Positions 9,201 through 15,408 of a stretch of DNA of 63,595 nt are shown here, piece after piece. Made by a program: the position numbers and the translations under genes. Source of the DNA: a virus; the IMG/VR virus record IMGVR_UViG_3300028549_001550. One strand, written 5' to 3'. The notes beneath the pieces were generated by a model. That model worked only from the letters and a program-made list of their open reading frames with translations. It ran no database searches and was not told the origin of the DNA. How positions within the stretch are numbered: the stretch's first letter is position 1; the number at the start of each line of letters is the position of its first letter.

Positions 9201-10358
9201 CAGAAAGTCTATGGTGCATCCAAGGTCGAAGATATCGACAACCTTGTTGTGGATGGGAAGCACGTTGAAGCCGCCGCAAAGATGGCCAGGGAACTCTTGG
9301 GGGATTATGGGAACATATCCAGGCACGGGGATTATATTCGGAGACGCTTGATCCCCTTTTATTCCTGGATCGAGATAAACGCTCCCAGATACGCCTATTT
9401 GATGCGTAACCTTAAACATGAGGGTGAGACTACCAAGAGACTGTCGTTTACCATGGCAAAGAAAGGTGCGGTTTTTCTTGCCAAGGCTTCAATGCTTGGT
9501 GGTGCTGTGATGCTGTTTAACTCTATTATGTTCCCTGATGAATTGGAAGAGCTCGGAACGGCACAGAGACGGCAGTTACATTTGATCCTGGGGCGCAGGG
9601 ATGACGGGTCAATAATGACGGTGCGATTCCAGGGAGCGTTATCAGATGCCCTGTCATGGTTTGCCAAGGAGGATCTACCGGAAGATATCAAGGATCTGGT
9701 AGCTGGCAAATCAACAATTCAGGAACAATTGCTCGATGTCCCCAAGTCAATATTGAACAAGGTGGTAGGCGGCATCCGTCCGGAAGCCAAGGTCTTATTT
9801 GAAACCCTTACCGGGCAGTCAACATACCCTGATGCTTTAAACTCTCGTCCTATCCGGGATAAACTTGAAAACGTACTGAAAACCTTCAAGCTGGATATCC
9901 CATACAGATACATAGCAGGGAGGCCGCAACGAGGTAACAGCACGGTAGAGCATTTTATAAGCGATGTCTTGAGCACTATCACTTACACAACGGAACCAGG
10001 GGTCCAGCCATACTACGACACCAGGAACACGGTTTTTGAATGGAAAGAGAAACAGGGCATTGAATCAGGGCAAGGGAAGCCGACCAAACGAGGCAACACC
10101 CTTTATTACTACAAACAGGCGTTGAAATATGGGGATTTAAAAGCCGCATGGAAATACAAACAGGCATATAAAGACTTGGGCGGGACCATGCAAGGGATGC
10201 AGCAATCAATCAAGATGGCTCACCCCCTGGCCGGAATCAATGTGGTACAGCGAAGGGCCTTTAGGCAGAGTTTAACCCCTGGCGAGGACAGGAAACTTGA
10301 ACAGGCATTGAAGTGGTACCATTCCACCTATGTCGAGAAGCGGAGAGAACTGCAATAG
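3..10358 (+). CDS. Giant polyvalent protein, C-terminal part (continuation of 58471-63594). Contains N6-adenine MTase, SNF2 helicase, an HExxH zincin motif and a long unassigned C-terminus.
   Basis: Codons 3-74 upstream of Met75 are open (DKAKPVKETKAAKAAETKQHLSNA) and duplicate 63343-63414. The ORF is 3,427+ aa long, has recognisable enzymatic motifs (see sub-features), and ends with a stop at 10356-10358 followed by a terminator. Confidence 0.9.
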   Translation, partial: DKAKPVKETKAAKAAETKQHLSNAMDKLKQINAIFGERGSFSTEKMDKNIYAQIKPLLQGALEDIIAAGKTATEFVKISMEALTPDARPYFAKFVQEDMVVPETPTTKEKEDGNTESNDNAGGQDQQGLGTEKGEEVPGGRDGTLAEPGEIGSTDKDDGSLGVQPPKDVSETTDNGDSKGDGLRPGLLNDGDGGQTNGVGDAGDGRTPTGGANLADNGPGGGTGTGGRRLGNYHIDDPKALIGGTPKKRFAKNKAAIETFNTVMNEGREPTAEERDILAGYIGWGSFGQDLFQGSWDRAKYKDGWDKENDWLREHLGESAWKSAQTSILNAHYTDPPTVTSIWKIARQLGFKGGRVLEPSMGIGNFFGLMPKDLKAKSDLTGIELDETTAEMARMLYPDANVQQMGYEKSATADGFYDLVIGNWPFAKDGPVSRRYDQYRLSLHDFFFVKALDQVRPGGLVIGITSSGTMDKKGTVARMQMEKRGKLIAAYRMPMGAFKEYAGTSVVADLLVFQKYSELNPGKSLTPWGLQVPLTNQEGVALTADDGRPIMVNEYWDHKPDHVLGHMTVGHGTTQGRMGMIVERPNGYEGTLAFLAENFPSDIMPKRTNMEHVKYISNHTKEKQNSITITKEGELYTVRGERLANLNDEIKYSLKDPKKTKARENEIKAMVEIKNLYGKLLDTERDGKPNVEEIRTSLNNAYKAFTKQWGPLNSSFALSIFKKAKDPLSAAIVALENNKGTKKKPVYIPSKILTESTQRAKKRMENPSITDAFVLVRNEEARTVDLDDIAKRSGKSVQEIKEELFSKDAIFETPAGVFEVKDIYLSGNVREKLLEALDAKEKGLDMERNIKALKEVMPKDVPYFSIEVNLGASWIPSDVYMQFFQDVANLPEQITDQIHITPSVNGWVVKFDDARRLNDRDEVRSLWSTKDEHGNIECAFTKIAKSAFSGQAITIKYKDEDGNEFTDTAASLRANEKVESFRESLKDWIWKDMDRRVMLEEHYNQTMNAFATPEYDGSFLSFDGMMLKMGSEEFNLRKHQVDAIWRGVANGRGLYAHEVGTGKTFTMGGIAIESRRYGLAKKPLILAHNANSASVASDIQKMYPGASVLYIDNLAPEKIQSSLYQIANDDWDVVVMPHSLMERLTLSRETLNKLAAEDIANLENEAIESAEEEGFDISDILDDAEALTKIRGASTAKEIVKQRNKIIANIEKQVLAASKEGAVSFEDLGIDMMIIDEAHEFKKPPLVTKMKVKGLNTATSNKGIGLNLLTGYIKELNQGKGVHLFTGTPITNTLNEIYNQMRYTMSDKMEDAGVLGWDSWFNTFASVNNDVERTSTGDYESVSRLSGFHNVSELRRFAGQYMDIVFADDMPEFVPRETASGKTLLDESLSEADRAELIEGRVEGGEIKGRPYKKIINEVADMSTEQREILEGLIRRARSFKESDGKTRYEIMKTGDNRSPVIIETDAAKAGFDTRLFDKDLSEHPDNKINRCTSNVLEHYKAHKMTAQVIFMDKGYNDTADRVRRVGGLKVKVTVDTFNAAKDIVAKLIAGGIKTEEIAIVKGTTSKIKRLEIAEAVSRAEIRVVIGATSTLGTGVNMQENLKAMHHLDAPWMPGELEQRNGRGHRQGNRWNTVLEYRYITESIDARRWQVLAKKQKIITDFLKAKDGMRTIEGDVLDMGTSALDDITASFSEAAGDARILTIEKLKKDIEKLSKKQRLHDTGVVEAKQKEKKNRQDIPNLQSDADKVNADLSLYNAEKEKPFSITIQGKEHTDRKSADKALEKIFLKNHETRKDKTGRLKVAEEEKIGEYRGFELVKVLNFVTQPEYYLQKDGAYDVSPSMGSLDSLSRTMGKLADEIARAIGDKQRAIKKYEQVQQEVFGQTGALNNKKHMLASIQADMAAFPDAPPRWLAQGAPVGTMVFNKGVEYEVEGHRAGDHDFYVMAFKEEGGSTEHKIFSYNEVRDLNNLPLYEDLSPKAKEKRHSDIGAAGFGQQGLDNARLQEPLYSTENTPSGENVTLQQIQKMFPGQNVGLSPDNSVWVRLKNGAGLRIKGVRQVSEGKYLFSTETGKMDQNGLIAGKYANNEIELVDGVANGGTLAHESVHFLEDIGVIDKADIFVLDHKIASLAKNGDLDFNLVQDQRENRAVFLAQYLADREKFRGTVVGKIIQRVADFLDSMVALGKTSVRKIAKGIESGKIFDKPTDGVEQPGFQFEIRTKPAPKKTIQAFKLFKVKKGSPGKLFPLYVEANKPVETEVWHDAEIGPMTDKGKVKSKLGPLAFRPGWHGGDAPVATHIGESGDETPTPRFRPADQVWAEVEMADDVDWQTEANKRATLTKAGKPIARTAHITDQLPIDGSYRYKTNSNMTGSWIISGAMRIKRVLTDEEVSKINQELGVSDLPRANGAVFDSKKYGFDETQYSTVSTKKDKGYAGEQFKGILPESVAKGMEKSRGITPTALIDKLKSFLSDMKKEMDHFPELTRMEPGVKASSAREILRRHQDIPDMVQDKTAREMSAILENMNKTEYDAFAMELILGDEVRSINEGIRTDDNLPWGFTSTKEMVESHKRLQEMNKKTPKVAKALADRRAFQKSVAKDLVKYGIMKKEILKDGDYFHHQILLYWNNKAAEQKGMGTSSSEVRSKWRPWMAARKGSPLEYNTEYMEAEFFATASQLAQVETAKNLKQIKKENDILKDLKQEAKAKNNALYAAWVEAETAQDMNFKDPVKPFSTRIAIGFAGLSKAVQDGTITYDSEFLDVVNAIRKAGELQKADKAAWKDAVDDNPKVSMAINHPRLFPFLSHLLEKQHEGAMSAALIYKGIKGRDRVMKESLGKDFKTWKQLIPEGYKEWKPDPKGGAFFVNSITDQVLQGVLTGERSLEEKDVRKVLARGNPPVWVLPEGLADTMDNFRSHTAEGRLAQTSEWALSAWKQYILLNPFSALKYNINNMSGDLDVVLAYRPEIAKPGPVKKAMQDLINWSKYKTLSPALKAEMDEAMKHGVIGSGFAVQEVTDTLKLMSSETFVKNILTEEKIGMAAAYWKKVKNASQIRENILRLSAFRWFKGQLEAGQKVYGASKVEDIDNLVVDGKHVEAAAKMARELLGDYGNISRHGDYIRRRLIPFYSWIEINAPRYAYLMRNLKHEGETTKRLSFTMAKKGAVFLAKASMLGGAVMLFNSIMFPDELEELGTAQRRQLHLILGRRDDGSIMTVRFQGALSDALSWFAKEDLPEDIKDLVAGKSTIQEQLLDVPKSILNKVVGGIRPEAKVLFETLTGQSTYPDALNSRPIRDKLENVLKTFKLDIPYRYIAGRPQRGNSTVEHFISDVLSTITYTTEPGVQPYYDTRNTVFEWKEKQGIESGQGKPTKRGNTLYYYKQALKYGDLKAAWKYKQAYKDLGGTMQGMQQSIKMAHPLAGINVVQRRAFRQSLTPGEDRKLEQALKWYHSTYVEKRRELQ
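309..690 (+). other. Gly/Asp/Thr-rich disordered linker of the giant protein
   Basis: Translation reads ...DGNTESNDNAGGQDQQGLG...NDGDGGQTNGVGDAGDGRTPTGGANLADNGPGGGTGTGGRR. It has no hydrophobic core. Confidence 0.75.
690..1546 (+). other. N6-adenine DNA methyltransferase domain (class I SAM-dependent) inside the giant protein
   Basis: The SAM-binding motif I VLEPSMGIGNFFG starts at 1068. The catalytic motif IV variant VIGNWPFAKD has its GNWPF at 1266-1280. The order motif I then motif IV is as in gamma-class amino-MTases. Confidence 0.8.
3100..5000 (+). other. SNF2/SF2 helicase domain inside the giant protein
   Basis: Four motifs are present: LRKHQVDAIW (3108), motif I HEVGTGKTF (about 3171-3197), motif II IIDEAHEF (DEAH at 3708-3719), and motif III FTGTPITN. 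Motifs V/VI read LGTGVNMQ...LDAPWMPGELEQRNGRGHRQGN, with the QRNGRGHRQGN portion at 4857-4889. Confidence 0.85.
6303..6317 (+). other. HExxH zincin-like metallopeptidase motif inside the giant protein
   Basis: Translation reads GGTLAHESVHFLEDIG, with H-E-S-V-H at 6303-6317. Only the short motif is visible; the fold is not verified. Confidence 0.45.
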
Positions 10359-10377
10359 GTTCCATCCTTTTTACCCA

Positions 10378-10414
10378 CCCCCCTTCGGATTCAACCCCAA
10401 AGGGGGGTTTTTTA
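10378..10414 (+). terminator. Rho-independent terminator after the giant gene
   Basis: Stem CCCCCCTT (10378-10385) pairs with AAGGGGGG (10400-10407) and is followed by T7 (10408-14), 20 nt after the stop codon. Confidence 0.85.
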
Positions 10415-10430
10415 TTCTGTTTAAAAAGGT

Positions 10431-10471
10431 ATACCTTATTGTCTGTCTGAAAAGATACGTCAATAAGGTAT
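10431..10471. promoter_or_regulatory. Perfect 11-bp inverted repeat upstream of the serine recombinase gene (candidate recombinase binding / res-like site)
   Basis: ATACCTTATTG (10431-10441) and CAATAAGGTAT (10461-10471) are separated by a 19-bp spacer. Further AAAAAGGT / TAAGGT reiterations occur up to about 10510. Confidence 0.4.
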
Positions 10472-10588
10472 TACTTTTAGTAATTGACATGGTTTACAAA
10501 AAGGTCTAAGGTGTTTTTTATCATAAAGGGTGGCCTTTGTGATTCAATTTAATAATGTATAAAAGTGAATATTGATGGGAGATGGATA

Positions 10589-10774
10589 ATGAAAAACACC
10601 TGGATAGAGATTAAAAAAAGACCAATCCCAACCGGAACAGAAGATGATATTTTAATCTATACTCCGCATTCTGTTCCATCTATGAGGTTTAGGGTCATGT
10701 CGGCATCAACAGCGGGGACTTGCAGGAGGGCCACTCACTGGCAACCGTGCGTGGCCCCAAAAGATGAGGAGTAG
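10589..10774 (+). CDS. Small DUF551-like protein
   Basis: MKNTWIEIKKRPIPTGTEDDILIY...ATHWQPCVAPKDEE resembles the W-x-x-[VI]-x-x-x-x-P ... THW-x-P ending typical of DUF551. GGGAGA lies upstream of ATG 10589, whereas the track start 10565 is GTG. Confidence 0.4.
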   Translation: MKNTWIEIKKRPIPTGTEDDILIYTPHSVPSMRFRVMSASTAGTCRRATHWQPCVAPKDEE

Positions 10775-10777
10775 ACC

Positions 10778-11344
10778 GTGGTGAACATTTTTGCTTATGC
10801 CAGGGTCAGCACCTTGGACCAGCAAACAGACAGCCAAATCAAGGGCCTGATGTCGGCATATCCCAATGCCATCCTCAGACAGGAAAAAAAGACAGGGACA
10901 ACAACAAGGGGTAGGGATGTCCTGAATTTAATCCTGGAGATGATCGGGCCGGGTGACAAGCTGGTTGTCTGGAAGCTGGACAGGCTGGCCAGGAATGTAA
11001 ACGACCTTTGCAAGATCATTGAAACCCTGAACGCCAAGGGATCTTTCCTTGAGATCATTGACCAGAAGATTGACACCGGGACGGCAACGGGCCGGGCCTT
11101 CCTCCAGATGTTGGGGGTGTTTGCAGAGTTTGAAACAAACCTGAGAAAAGAACGGCAGCTGGCAGGGATAGCAGCAGCCAAGGCCAAGGGTAAACACTTG
11201 GGGAGGCCCATACTCCTTACCAAGGACCAAAAATGGGAGATCCGTGGCAAGAAGGATGCCGGGGAAAAACTCTCCTCTTTATCAAAGGAGTATGCGGTAA
11301 GCCGGGGAACCATTTACAATGTCTTGAAAGAAACGGATATCTAA
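10778..11344 (+). CDS. Small serine recombinase (resolvase/invertase family, 188 aa)
   Basis: The N-terminal catalytic domain shows IFAYARVSTLDQ (the nucleophile Ser) and VWKLDRLARN. A C-terminal HTH reads EYAVSRGTIYNVLK. GAGGAG lies 6 nt upstream of the GTG start. Confidence 0.9.
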   Translation: MVNIFAYARVSTLDQQTDSQIKGLMSAYPNAILRQEKKTGTTTRGRDVLNLILEMIGPGDKLVVWKLDRLARNVNDLCKIIETLNAKGSFLEIIDQKIDTGTATGRAFLQMLGVFAEFETNLRKERQLAGIAAAKAKGKHLGRPILLTKDQKWEIRGKKDAGEKLSSLSKEYAVSRGTIYNVLKETDI

Positions 11345-11355
11345 AGGGGGGGACA

Positions 11356-11694
11356 ATGGAGCTTGAAGTAATGTTATTGCAAACGGCTGAAGCCATGGAA
11401 GAATATTTAACCGAGGCTTTGGGCAACAACAACGCCTTGGTTAATGATCTGAAACTCCTGTCAGTATGGGTAAAGGATGTCGAACCGGGGCGGCCTGGAA
11501 CCCTTGCCATGGCCATTGTTGATCAGGCCATTAAAGAGTATGGTTTTAATTGTGACAAATTGGCAGAGGATCTTGTTTTTGAATTATACTCTGCCAATTT
11601 AAACGACCTGAGGGAATGGGTAGGATGTGCATTTAAAAGCGGGGAATTGCTTATGCTCGATGTCATCCTCTTTACAGAAAGGGTTATGTATTGA
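11356..11694 (+). CDS. Hypothetical protein (112 aa)
   Basis: ATG 11356 is preceded by GGGGGG. The track start 11233 would overlap the recombinase gene by 112 nt. No family recognised. Confidence 0.5.
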   Translation: MELEVMLLQTAEAMEEYLTEALGNNNALVNDLKLLSVWVKDVEPGRPGTLAMAIVDQAIKEYGFNCDKLAEDLVFELYSANLNDLREWVGCAFKSGELLMLDVILFTERVMY

Positions 11695-11737
11695 CAAAGT
11701 AAAGGTAGAATGGTCCCGAGACTACATAATCAGGGTT

Positions 11738-11772
11738 CCAAGACTACAGGTTTAACATTGATGTAGTCTTGG
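11738..11772. terminator. Hairpin between convergent genes (candidate bidirectional terminator)
   Basis: An 11-bp stem CCAAGACTACA (11738-48) / TGTAGTCTTGG (11762-72) has a 13-nt loop. Only a weak T-tract (GTCTTTT) follows on the plus strand. Confidence 0.45.
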
Positions 11773-11787
11773 AATAGTCTTTTAAAT

Positions 11788-12771
11788 TTAAAAGAAGGCT
11801 AGGTTTTTAAACGCATGAAAGTAGTTGATGCGTAACAGGCCTCTATTTCCGACCTTAAACCGTTCTCTCATGGTTTTATTTAAGTTTTGCCGTCCTATAA
11901 AATCATCCAGGGCGGCAAGTTGGGTTTCACTCAAGGCGTTAATCTCTTCTCTTGTCGCCATCCCTTCACGCTCTCTTTCTTCCCTGTCTGCCTGGATGCT
12001 TGCCCCATGGTCAGGTTGTCGTGTTGCCGGGGCCTGGGGTGCTTCTGGTTCAGACCCTTCTATCCAGTTCTCCTTGATACACTTGTCCAGGTACGCCTTG
12101 AATTTTGCTCTTGTATTGCCTGTTGAGTTGGCAATGGTATATGCGATGGACTGTTTGACGTAAAGCTCGGAATGGGCCTTTAAAGCTGTCCTAAATATGG
12201 TTCTTAATGCTGGCTGTTGAAACTGTTCAGGGACCAGGGAAAACAACGAGGCAATCAAGGTTGTTAACTGTGTTGCAGAAAACGGCGACGGCGGTTCTGG
12301 TTCTAAAGTGCCAATAGCACTTTTCGTAAAGTCAGGAGGCGGTTTTTGTAGTCGTTCGTTCTTTTTAGTCTTTGGTAAAAGATCAGTATTTACTAAAGCG
12401 TGCCGGTTAGCTATTTCCACCTTTCCTACTTCTCCCTTTGGGGTAAGTAGCTTTTCCTCTTGTATTTCTGGTATCTTATATGGTTCTTCATGTACCACAT
12501 ACTCCCACTTGATAATGTGCGCCTTTTCGTCTCTGGTGGAAGTATGTTCCATGTATCCTGTCTCTTTTAGTTCCTTGATTCCAGAATATACAGACTTCAA
12601 TCCACATTTTTTAGCCTTTGCAAGCTGTTTTACATGGATTGTCCAATCATCCGGTTTTGATAAAAGATAAACCAAGATTGCCGTAGCTTTCCAGGACAGG
12701 CGAGTATCATTTAAGACAGTATTGGAGATAATGGAGTATCGTTCTACCTTCTTAACTCGGATGATGCTCAT
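11788..12771 (-). CDS. Winged-helix DNA-binding protein, replication-initiator/replisome-organiser-like
   Basis: The N-terminus YSIISNTVLNDTRLSWKATAILVYLLSKPDDWTIHVKQLAKAKKCGLKSVYSGIKELKETGYM follows the pattern seen in phage/plasmid wHTH Rep/DnaD-like N-domains. The remainder is unassigned. Confidence 0.5.
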   Translation of the reverse strand: MSIIRVKKVERYSIISNTVLNDTRLSWKATAILVYLLSKPDDWTIHVKQLAKAKKCGLKSVYSGIKELKETGYMEHTSTRDEKAHIIKWEYVVHEEPYKIPEIQEEKLLTPKGEVGKVEIANRHALVNTDLLPKTKKNERLQKPPPDFTKSAIGTLEPEPPSPFSATQLTTLIASLFSLVPEQFQQPALRTIFRTALKAHSELYVKQSIAYTIANSTGNTRAKFKAYLDKCIKENWIEGSEPEAPQAPATRQPDHGASIQADREEREREGMATREEINALSETQLAALDDFIGRQNLNKTMRERFKVGNRGLLRINYFHAFKNLAFF

Positions 12772-13301
12772 ATCAGCACCTCCGCTAACTCAGCAGGAAT
12801 ACTAATCGCTATTTCAAAAAGAGTTCTTCTGTGAAGGTAATGATATTCCATGTGGCAATTAGGGCAGATATTAACGATACTTGTTTCTCCTTCACTTTTC
12901 AATTTAGGGAAATGGTGTCCATGCAGATATATAGTTTTACACGAACACCATTCACAAGTTGCGATCCCCACACCTTTTTGTGGAGTTTTATTGCAGATAT
13001 ATTTTTTTATTGCATATGGTTCTTTTGGAAGCTCTCTAATGGCCTTGTCTTTGATCAATCTTTGTGTGCTGGTTTTTATTTCTTTTTTTGACAAAACTAA
13101 ATCCCTGGACAGAGAGGTTTTTAAAGTAGGTCCGTTTGCCGCCAAATATCCAAGGACAGCGGCACATTTAGAATTGTATTTTCTTACCCATGGTACATAG
13201 ATCAATACTGTTGGTGATTTTTCCAGAAGTGTTTCCAGAGATCCTTGAAAATTATTTGAAGAAAGGTCTTGAATATTTCGTATGTGCGGTGTTATCATCA
13301 T
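12768..13301 (-). CDS. HNH endonuclease with N-terminal wHTH-like region
   Basis: CEWCSCKTIYLHGHHFPKLKSEGETSIVNICPNCHMEYH shows the Cys pairs plus the H-N-H arrangement. It has a 4-nt overlap with the downstream gene. Confidence 0.7.
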   Translation of the reverse strand: MMITPHIRNIQDLSSNNFQGSLETLLEKSPTVLIYVPWVRKYNSKCAAVLGYLAANGPTLKTSLSRDLVLSKKEIKTSTQRLIKDKAIRELPKEPYAIKKYICNKTPQKGVGIATCEWCSCKTIYLHGHHFPKLKSEGETSIVNICPNCHMEYHYLHRRTLFEIAISIPAELAEVLI

Positions 13302-13359
13302 CTTGCTTTTTCCTTTGCTTGAAAAGCATCACATCTTGGAAGATTTGACACTTCGTTTT

Positions 13360-13401
13360 GAAAACCCCCTGGACCGCTAATCCATGGGGTTTTCGCTTTT
13401 T
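13360..13401 (+). terminator. Strong hairpin plus T-run oriented on the plus strand inside a minus-strand gene block
   Basis: GAAAACCCC (13360-68) pairs with GGGGTTTTC (13386-94), followed by GCTTTTT. A second hairpin GAGCCCTGG...CCAGGGGCTC lies at 13403-13427. Confidence 0.4.
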
Positions 13402-13600
13402 AGAGCCCTGGACCATTCCAGGGGCTCAACGACTACAGCCTGCTAATGCTGTTCATTCATACCTCTATGGAGCGATTCCCACAAGGTTTTTCACATAATT
13501 GAACAGCATCAAACCTTTATTTAGAATCTCCGGGAGAGCGCAAAAATCAACAAGGCCCATATTCCCATGGTTCCCACAAGTATAAACGCTTCAGGCCAAC

Positions 13601-13990
13601 TCATCGGTTATCACCTGAGCCGCCAAGTTTGCCCCGGTCCTGGCGGCTTTTCAATTTCTGTATGTTTGCAAAGGCTATATCTTCCAAGGGTATATCTACT
13701 TCCCATGCTATTTCGGCAATGTACCAAAGCACGTCTCCAAGCTCAAGCCCTATGGCGTCTCTGTCCTCCTGGTTAATGATCCCACCTTTGTCACGCATGA
13801 TCTTTTTGATTTTGTCTGCTACTTCACCGGCTTCACCGGCAAGGCCCAGGGCCGGGTAATACAGGTTTTCACCTTTGCCTGGGTAGATTGCCGTTTCCTG
13901 GGCTGATTGTTGGTATTTATCAAGAGTAAGGGGAACGTGCCTTCTTTCGCCATGCTTTTGACATAAGCCTTTACACTTTTTGATACTCAT
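13601..13990 (-). CDS. mazG: MazG-like nucleoside triphosphate pyrophosphohydrolase
   Basis: LGLAGEAGEVADKIKKIMRD...LELGDVLWYIAEIA shows the EExxE-type metal-binding helices characteristic of all-alpha NTP-PPases. Confidence 0.85.
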   Translation of the reverse strand: MSIKKCKGLCQKHGERRHVPLTLDKYQQSAQETAIYPGKGENLYYPALGLAGEAGEVADKIKKIMRDKGGIINQEDRDAIGLELGDVLWYIAEIAWEVDIPLEDIAFANIQKLKSRQDRGKLGGSGDNR

Positions 13991-14107
13991 TACATATCCT
14001 CCTTGCTACCGCACACATATACATCTCATAAACATGGGTACAAATGCTTATAGTTTCAATGAAACACATAGCCAGGACGAGATACGACATCCACCCTGGC
14101 AGCTCGA

Positions 14108-14533
14108 TTATGATTGGATCCATGATTGCTCCTTTAATGCCCTTGCTAATGTATTGATATACAGGGCTGTAACTTCAATGGTTTCAAAAGACATCCCCCC
14201 ATTACGAAGCACCATCTGAGCAACGGCACCAAGACTCTTCCACTGGTCGTTACCAAATCGGTCATCGCCGTCTACTCTGAGTCTGGTAAACATGGTTTTT
14301 TCCGGTCGCTTATTGCTGTCGTCAATCACCTCGGCAATTGAATACATCCCAAGCATACGGGGAGTAATGACATACAGGCAAATGTCACATTCCTGCCTCT
14401 GTCTGATTTCTTCCTGCATACACTCTGGATTCCAGTTTTCTACAACGGGATTAAAATATTCAACATTAAGTTGTGGGATAATGCGCTCTCGCCATGTTGA
14501 CCCATTACAGGTTCCACCAAGAAAAACTTTCAT
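14108..14533 (-). CDS. Nucleoside 2-deoxyribosyltransferase-like protein
   Basis: The N-terminus MKVFLGGTCNGSTWRERIIPQL...FNPVV...CDICLYVITPRM matches my recollection of the Nuc_deoxyri_tr2-type family. Not verified by search. Confidence 0.5.
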   Translation of the reverse strand: MKVFLGGTCNGSTWRERIIPQLNVEYFNPVVENWNPECMQEEIRQRQECDICLYVITPRMLGMYSIAEVIDDSNKRPEKTMFTRLRVDGDDRFGNDQWKSLGAVAQMVLRNGGMSFETIEVTALYINTLARALKEQSWIQS

Positions 14534-14573
14534 ATTCTAAACCTCCTCCCTGTACTCTCAGCCGGTTGATTAA

Positions 14574-14834
14574 TCAATTTAGTGCACTCTCTTCCCATTC
14601 CATTTCCAGCAATAGACCTTCATGCTGAATGGCAGCTTCGGTTACAAAAGATTTATACTGTATTATATCTTCTATTTCTTCGAGGACTTCATCATCTGTC
14701 ATATCTTTAAATATCCCACGAACACCTTCTCTTTTTGCAATGTTCATGTTTGCCGTCATTCTTGTACAGAACAAAAAAAACTCCATCTGTGTCATATTCT
14801 CAATTTTCTTACCCATATTCCCCCTATGCTGCAT
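14574..14834 (-). CDS. Hypothetical protein (86 aa; an alternative start lies at Met7, 14816)
   Basis: The ORF sits in a co-directional, tightly packed operon. No family recognised. Confidence 0.5.
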   Translation of the reverse strand: MQHRGNMGKKIENMTQMEFFLFCTRMTANMNIAKREGVRGIFKDMTDDEVLEEIEDIIQYKSFVTEAAIQHEGLLLEMEWEESALN

Positions 14835-15408
14835 ATCTACGGATTGTCTTATTGTCGATTAAATCGGTGAGTTTGTTTGCCAAGGCATGGCCAAGCCTGA
14901 TCCTTGACTCCTCTTCAAAATCTGGATCCATGTGGCGGTACAGGGTCATTAAGTTCTTGCCCAGGCGGTCCCACTCAAGATACAGGCTGTTGAGCCTGTC
15001 CTGGGAGGAGACGACAATCATCAGGTTTATCAGGTTGTCTTTTTCCTTGGCAATGAGGATCATGACGGCATTCAATAGTTCGATCTGGTCTATTACCTGG
15101 GCTGTCCCTTCTGTTGTGAGGATCGTTTTCAAGCAAGCCTTTCGTAGCTTGTCAAACTTATACCAATCCTTTGCTTTCAAGATAAACTTGCTGGTATCCG
15201 GGGCAGAAAATAAAACCTGCCTGATATTTGCCAAGTTTTTCTCTATTGTCTTGCACCAGATCATCGTCTTTTGTTGCAACCCGAGCTGATTGCCGTATTT
15301 CATCAGTAGCTCTGTTGTCATTTCCGCTATCTCAAGCGTAATCATGCGGTGTTTTGTGCCTGTAGACATAACAATGGGTGTACCAGTCCGTACCACGTTT
15401 ATTTTCAT
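14824..15408 (-). CDS. Hypothetical protein (194 aa)
   Basis: Its start overlaps the thyX stop by 4 nt. No family recognised. Confidence 0.55.
   Translation of the reverse strand: MKINVVRTGTPIVMSTGTKHRMITLEIAEMTTELLMKYGNQLGLQQKTMIWCKTIEKNLANIRQVLFSAPDTSKFILKAKDWYKFDKLRKACLKTILTTEGTAQVIDQIELLNAVMILIAKEKDNLINLMIVVSSQDRLNSLYLEWDRLGKNLMTLYRHMDPDFEEESRIRLGHALANKLTDLIDNKTIRRYAA

Noticed and set aside
75-10358. Met75 as the true start of the 3,427-aa ORF given in the track
   Set aside because: The frame is open from base 3, and the overlap shows it is contiguous with an uninterrupted frame starting at 58471. Met75 is an internal methionine.
10416-11344. A Gin/Cin-type tail-fibre inversion switch
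   Set aside because: The recombinase lies about 28 kb from the fibre genes (going backwards around the circle), and I found no matching inverted-repeat pair flanking 45-51 kb.
11233-11355. The long form of the 11233..11694 ORF, and the antisense ORFs 10795-11313 and 10928-11230
   Set aside because: They overlap the well-supported serine recombinase gene. ATG 11356 has a G-rich RBS.
13302-13600. A tRNA or other structured RNA gene in the larger intergenic gaps (13.3, 16.4, 26.1 and 27.8 kb)
   Set aside because: The hairpins present do not assemble into a cloverleaf with acceptor, D, anticodon and T arms by eye, and I saw no conserved GTTCGAATC-type T-loop. This cannot be fully excluded without tRNAscan.
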